NCBI RefSeq assembly: GCF_006345805.1
Contig: NW_021834690.1
Coordinates: forward strand, 1 to 46,575
Length of the DNA: 46,575 nt
Direction: 5' to 3'
Origin: Octopus sinensis
Taxonomy: Eukaryota
In this document: piece after piece, positions 39,907 through 46,575 of the stretch
Numbering within the stretch: position 1 is the first letter of the stretch
Layout: the number at the start of each line of letters is the position of its first letter
Position numbers and translations under genes: made by a program
The notes under the pieces: generated by a model
Told to the model about the DNA's origin: nothing
Database searches by the model: none
What the model saw: only the letters and a program-made list of their open reading frames with translations

Positions 39907-40979
39907 GTTCGATGGGTTGGTGCCTTCCTCTCAGATCGCTCCTTCCAAGTCCAAGTTAATGGTTCGCGGTCCGACGTCTCCAGTTCGAGCAGTGGCGTGC
40001 CTCAAGGTTCAGTGCTTGGGCCCTTATTGTTCTTAGTCTTCATAAATGACTTGCCCGACGACCTCACGCAACACACCCTTCTATTTGCCGACGATATCAA
40101 ACTGGTCGCTTCTCGCGGTGATATAGAGGATCTTCGTCGATGCCTCCACCAAATTTGGAGGTGGTCTAACGAATGGGACCTGTGTCTGAACGTGTCAAAG
40201 TGCTATCATCTGCCTGTTGGCTCTCCTCCTGCAACTCAACTTGATTTCGAGCCGGGTCGTCTGCTGCTGGAGAGGACCGATCAGGTAAAGGACCTGGGTA
40301 TCTTGGTGGATTCCTCCTTTTCGCCTTCGGTCCAGTGCGTCCATGCTGCCAACAAAGCACGCGGAATTCTGTTCTTGATTCGACGGTCATTCGGAATGCT
40401 CACAGCAACCATATTCCTACCGCTCTATGTCACGCTGGTGAGACCCATATTGGAGTACGGGATTCAAGCCTCTTCTCCTTATCTCCTCAAAGACATACAG
40501 CATCTCGAAAGAGTCCAGAAGCTGGCTACCCGCATGGTTCATGGTCTCAAGAATTTGTCTTATGAAGAAAGGCTGAAGACGCTCGATCTTTATTCTCTAG
40601 AGAAACGCCGCCGCCGTGGTGATCTCATTCTCGCTCACAACATCATAAGCGGAAAGTGTAACCTCTCGAAAGAGCTGTTCTTCACTCCTGCTCCAGAGCG
40701 TCGGCTGCGGGGTCATTCCGAAAAGCTCTATCTGCGACGATTTCATCTCAATCGAAGGAGAGGGGCTTTCTCCGTCCGGGTTGCGGATCCGTGGAACAAG
40801 CTGCCAGACGAGATGGTGAAGATGCCGACGACCGCTTTGTTCAAAGTGCCCTTGACCTCAAGTGGCCTGAACTCTTTACATGAACACCACCCTGTACATA
40901 AACTCTATGTCCCCCTACATGGCCTTGCTTTTTGCTTTTTGAGCCAAAAAATTAACTAACTAACTAACTAACTAACTAA
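39907..40979 (+). mobile_element. 5'-truncated CR1/L2-group LINE with (TAAC)n tail
   Basis: ORF 39997-40959: VPQGSVLGPLLFLVFINDLP, LLFADDIKL, VKDLGI, LVRPILEY, LERVQK, RRRRGDLI, RLRGH. Tail AACTAACTAAC. Confidence 0.9.
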
Positions 40980-41265
40980 TTTCGTCTGCCGCCACGTTCT
41001 GAGTTCAAATTTCGCCGAGGTCGACTTTGCCTTTCATCTTTTAATCTTTAATCTAAGGTGTACCTGTTGAAGAAGATTTCACCTAGTGGATATTATTTAT
41101 TTGCTAAACTAAAATCAGAAACCAATTGGTCCAGGAATGTAGAAGGTATATCGAATTTTATCCCTAATTTTGTGGTTATAGAACCTAGCTGTTCTTTCTA
41201 GCGTGTTGAATCCAACGAGTGGATTCCTTATGTGTTTAAATGTACACTGTATTTTATATGTATGC

Positions 41266-41300
<35 letters not shown>

Positions 41301-41469
41301 ATGATTCAAATAAACAGATAAAACTTTGGGTTTTAATGTACAAAACATATATTCATGTATACATGTAAAAAGAGAAGGATGATTCGATACATATAGTGTT
41401 TACAGAGCAAACAGGTGGCCGGATGGAGAAATGTGGAGAGTTAGATTCTCTCGATCTCATTTGTTGACC

Positions 41470-41521
<52 letters not shown>

Positions 41522-41770
41522 CGTATGTGTGTGTGTGTGTATGTGTGTGTGTGTGTGTGCCGTTCAAGCCAAAGGTTAAGAAACTGTTTCATTTCTTTGA
41601 TGATCTTTGTCCCTTTTCTTGGTGATTACGGTGTTTTTCATCCCAAGCTCAGTGTCTTGGATATGAATTTAAACCATTTTTTCTTCACATGAACAATTGT
41701 CGGTACCATCAACAAACTTAAACCAAAAGCACGTGCTATCACTACCATTTAAAAAAAAAATTATCACACC

Positions 41771-42163
41771 ACTAGCAGTATCGCCCGGCGTTGCTCGGGT
41801 TTGTTTCGACCCTTTAGAATTTGAATTTTTGAAAAGTAAACATTTTGCATTATGTAGCTTGTTATTGTCTTTAAGTGAATATTTTTATGGTTGAAATACA
41901 CCGAAAAATGGCGATACAGCAGTCAAAAAAATCGTAAAAAATAGGGATTTTCATAGAATAAAAGCACCTTTTTGGTGTAAATAATGTTTGGTCATAACAT
42001 GGTTCGATTTGAATTTTATCGCATACGGAATGAAGAACAAGCCTTCTTCTACCACACTTTCAATTTTGGTCAACTTGCGCCGCAGGGTCTCGGAGGAGAT
42101 AGTGTTAGTTGAAGGTTACCAAAGCTGCCACACACAGACAACTTCAGCTTTATATATATGGAT
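41771..42163 (+). mobile_element. Possible non-autonomous Helitron-like element
   Basis: Starts ACTAGCAGTATCGCCCGGCGTTGCTCGGG (5' hairpin) and ends CACACAGACAACTTCAGCTTTATATATATGGAT. The layout resembles invertebrate non-autonomous Helitrons; no TSD seen. Confidence 0.45.
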
Positions 42164-42472
42164 TTGCTCATTGCCAACTTATCGTCCAAACCATAGCATA
42201 GCGTTAGAGCCACCAGAACTAGATTTATCAGAAGCAGCTTTTTTCATGGATGTGGCCTACGGAAAACAGTATAAATTTATACACAATAAACACAAACACG
42301 CGAGTGAATTTTCTGATGCGAGCGATGTCACTATCTCGAGAAAGGAATGCTGGAACTATTGGTCCCTGAAAGGTGTGTAAATAACTCTAAACATTGTAAT
42401 TAGTTACATTTCTGTTTTAATAAAGGGTTTGTACAGACGAGTGAGTGTGTGTGTGAGTATCTATCTATCTAT

Positions 42473-42503
42473 GTTCAGCCCTGTGTGGCTAATAAAGAAA
42501 CAT
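42473..42503 (+). mobile_element. ~30-bp extreme 3' end of the Tx1-like LINE embedded in (TATC)n
   Basis: GTTCAGCCCTGTGTGGCTAATAAAGAAACATA with TATC repeats on both sides (42458-42472 and 42503-42590). Confidence 0.8.
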
Positions 42504-42544
42504 ATCTATCAATCCATCTATCTATCTATCTCTATCTATCTATC

Positions 42545-42575
<31 letters not shown>

Positions 42576-42594
42576 CTATCTCTATCTATCTCCC

Positions 42595-42651
<57 letters not shown>

Positions 42652-42742
42652 CATACCTACACACACATGCACACCACACACACACACAATATACATGTGT
42701 GTGAATGTGCACATACATACATACATATACATATATATATAT

Positions 42743-42922
42743 ATTTCTTTACTACCCACAAGGGGCTAAACATAGAGGGGACAAACAAGGACAGACAAAC
42801 GGATTAAGTCGATGACATCGACCCAGTGCGAAACTGGTACTTTATTTATCGACCCAGAGAGGATGAAAGGCAAAGTCGACCTCGGCGGAATTTGAACTCA
42901 GAACGTAACGACAGACGAAAAT
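42743..42922 (-). mobile_element. SINE family 2 body
   Basis: Reverse complement of family 2 motifs. Confidence 0.85.
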
Positions 42923-43192
42923 ACATATATATATATACATATATATAGTTAATCGAATATATTCAATGAGAATACAGTATACTGAATTTCTAATAAGTGC
43001 TCTTGGTAGGGAAATGCCTGAAACATTAAAGGTATTTAGACATTTAATAAGAGTGATTATATATTATAAAATAAAAACAGGAAAAATTACACCCAAAGAT
43101 CACAGAAGATGCACGTCCAAAATCATATTGTATTAAGAGATAGATGTATAAATATATAAAGTATGATTATTTAAAATGTTTAAAAGTTTAAA

Positions 43193-43243
<51 letters not shown>

Positions 43244-43268
43244 GTCTATCTGTCTATCTGTCTATTTG

Positions 43269-43326
<58 letters not shown>

Positions 43327-43329
43327 AAT

Positions 43330-43533
43330 ATATACTCTTTTACTCTTTTACTTATTTCAGTCATTTGACTGCGGCCATGCTGGAGCACCGCCTTTAATCG
43401 AGCAACTCGACCCCAGGACTTATTCTTTGTAAGCCAGTCACTTTTGCCGAACCGCTAAGTGACGGGAACATAAACACACCAGCATCGGTTGTCAAGCATG
43501 CTAGGGGGACAAACAGACACACAAACATACACG

Positions 43534-43576
<43 letters not shown>

Positions 43577-43577
43577 T

Positions 43578-43619
<42 letters not shown>

Positions 43620-43662
43620 TACGACGGCTTCTTTCAGTTTCCGTTTGCCAAATCCACTCACA
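43330..43662 (-). mobile_element. SINE family 1 copy
   Basis: Reverse complement of family 1 motifs. Confidence 0.8.
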
Positions 43663-44283
43663 TGAGTGCTTACCGTTAGAACATGGAGTTTGAAGAAATT
43701 AAACGGGAAATAGAAGACCCAACGGACAGACAAAACTCTCAGTGGGAAAGATGGATGGACGATAGCATCGTGTTTGAGACGGGAAGTGAGTCAACAAGAG
43801 CGTCTTAAAGAAGGAAAGACCGAGTCATTATAAAGCACTAGAAATAAAGTGGAATTTTTTTAAAACGTAAAATATAAGAAATAATAGTTGTAATTGAAGA
43901 AGCCGAGACAAAGGGTGACAGGAAAGGCAGTTGAGATAAAAATGAATATTTTTCAAAATTATAAGAAGAGATTGTTTGAAGTGCCGGATGCAGAGAGAAG
44001 CTGAAAGTTTTGGAGTGATGTATGAACAAGAAAAGTTATCCAGAACGAAGAGACAAAGTGAATAGAAGTAGATGAGCTGAGACCAGTAAAACAATGTAAT
44101 AATTACTTCGAAGCTCATTACGAAACGAGTTTCAAAATTACGTAATTGAGACGCATCCGTGCCCGCAAACATTCTAGTTGAAGGGAATTAAAACGCCCAG
44201 AGAATATCTAAGTTATTAAATGTGAAAAAGTGTGTGTGCGTGTGTATGTGTGTGTTTTTTGGGGGATATATTATCCGGGCGGA

Positions 44284-44706
44284 TACCTATTTCTTTACTA
44301 CCCACAAGGGGACAAACATAGAGTGGACAAACAAGGACAGACAAGGGGATTAAAGTCGATTACATCGACCCCAGTGCGTAACTGGTACTTAATTTATCGA
44401 CCCCGAAAGGATGAAAGACAAAGTCGACCTCGGCGGAATTTGAACTCACAACGTAACGGCAGACGAAATACCTATTTCTTTACTACCCACAAGGGGCCAA
44501 ACACAGAAGGGACAAACAAGGACAGACAAACGGATTAAGTCGATTATATCGACCCCAGTGCGTAACTGGTACTTATTTAATCGATCCCGAAAGGATGAAA
44601 GGCAAAGTCGACCTCGGTGGAATTTGAACTCAGAACGTAGCGGCGGGCGAAATACCACAAAGCATTTCGCCCGGCGTGCTAACGATTCTGCCAGCTTGCC
44701 GCCTTA
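44284..44706 (-). mobile_element. SINE family 2 with one head and a tandemly duplicated body
   Basis: Head at about 44640-44706; bodies at about 44284-44468 and 44469-44650. Confidence 0.85.
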
Positions 44707-45860
44707 TATGGTATCCGGGCGGATACCGTATTAGCTTTCGGTTAAGTTCCGGTTAACGGATAACCACTAAGATCGGTATTTAACATCTGTGACTACAGTT
44801 TGTTCTTAGTCACTCCGTGAATTCATTCGAAGGATAACTACTTGAACTCTTCGCTGGACGGTAAAAGATGTCTGGAGTATACATTATTATTAATAATATA
44901 GAGTATGGAGATTTCTACATCCGCGAAATTTATTTTATAGTTATATACAACATATTATAATGATCTACGGGTGTTTCCGCAGCGGTGGCGCAAAAACAAC
45001 CTTGCATTATTGTCGGGGCAGCTTCATCAGAGCCCGTCCATTTAGTCATCCTCAAAGTGAACTGACTGAAGTATTTTTTTTATTTAGTGTTCTGTGTGTG
45101 TGTGTGTGTGTGTGTGGGGGTGCTTGTTATTTATAGGCACGTGCTGCTGAGCTCAAATTTACACTAGGTCAGCATCACACACATATGTATATATGAATGA
45201 CTGTTGGCTTACTCCTGAGTTCCTCCACCCTTTGACGGATCTTTTTTTTCCTCCTGCGCAATGTCCAACAATGTCACCCTCCTCACCAAGCAAGCTCAGT
45301 GGGGTTACCAGTTTAGTCGTTGACGACCTGACCATGCAACAAGTTGTAAGGGCTTCACTATAAATCTACGCATGCGGAAAAGGAATAAACAGCCGTTTAG
45401 ACAGCGAGATGGGAGTGTCGATCAATTTTGGAGATTTTCATAAAAAATTTGAAATTAAGATTTTTTCCCCCTTATCTCCGTATTTTTCCACGTATATTAA
45501 AAGAAAAAGTACTCGAGAGCGACCTGACATATATATTGGTCAGTAGTTCAAAGGTAATCAAATACCGAGTGAATTTCGTTGTTTTTCCTCTCTGTCTATG
45601 TGGGTTGTTTTGAGTATTTGTTGTCCGGGAGTTTCTTCTTATAGTAGAAGAAATAGCTAAGGTTATTTGGCTGTTATTTCTAAAATTCGGCATGTGGTGA
45701 AGCAAATTTTGCTGGACCCTAATTATAATCATACTCATAGTTATAAAATATTGTTTTAAGTTTACCGAAAATGGCCCTTTTAACAAGCCGAATACTACTT
45801 TGTGGAATTATTAATTACTAGTTAATTAATTAATTTTACCCTTTATTATTATTGATTATA

Positions 45861-45947
<87 letters not shown>

Positions 45948-45959
45948 GTGTGGGTGTGA

Positions 45960-46013
<54 letters not shown>

Positions 46014-46068
46014 ATATATATATATATATGTTGTGTGTGTGTGTGTGTGATGTGTGTGTGTGTGGTGT

Positions 46069-46102
<34 letters not shown>

Positions 46103-46257
46103 CACGACGGGCTTCTTTCAGTTTCCGCCTACAAAATCCACTCATAAGGCTTTGGTGATCTCGCGGCTATAGTAGACGACACTTGTCAAAGGTGTCATGC
46201 AGTGGGACTGAACTCGGAAACCATGTTGTTGGGAAACAAGTTTCTTACCACACAGCG
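46103..46257 (-). mobile_element. SINE family 1 5' part
   Basis: Reverse complement of the family 1 head. Confidence 0.75.
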
Positions 46258-46575
46258 CCCAAAGGGGTCGAAATCAAAGTCAGTCGGAGCGATTAAGAGA
46301 CAATATGTCTTTAAAAGATGTCAGCTGTTGTGTTTTACTTTTTTCAATATGGCTGTTTCAGAAATGCATTAGTCAAGAAAGAAAATCCTAAAAATGTTGT
46401 GATATTTATCTAACAGAAAATGAAATCGGGGCAACGTAGACCGAGCCTTTGCTGCCCCTACTTCTGCCCTAGATTAGAGCCGGCGCTAAGGTTGCTGGTG
46501 TCTCGCGCATGTTAGGTTTTAGTGACCTTGAAAGTAGAATTCTAAACAATTTTCACATGGAGGAAAACTGCAAAT

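Overview
AT-rich, repeat-saturated animal DNA. The SINE families and microsatellite load suggest an octopus or other cephalopod; this is an inference. No host protein-coding gene could be established, and most short ORFs in the track are microsatellite or antisense artefacts. The first 15 kb is a head-to-tail train of three Tx1/L1-clade LINEs separated only by (TATC)n tracts: one 5'-truncated and split by a TIR transposon, one ORF1-only deletion derivative, and one near-full-length but decayed. The main discovery is a non-coding ~465-nt tandem repeat (13366-14992) inserted in a (TA)n tract of the third LINE's 3' UTR. Each complete unit carries an identical, fully base-paired type I hammerhead ribozyme, and the direct array starts exactly at the predicted cleavage site; this is a retrozyme-like element. 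A second ~360-nt unit (33640-34377) has the same inverted-plus-direct layout and a U3-A8 variant hammerhead. Three more minimal-hammerhead families occur, one inside a GIY-YIG Penelope-like element (PLE) that is a candidate class of helper. The rest is tRNA-derived SINEs, MITEs, a mariner remnant, a CR1-type LINE fragment, a 31-bp minisatellite and an ~835-bp tandem array. Ribozyme structures were folded by eye and no activity has been tested.
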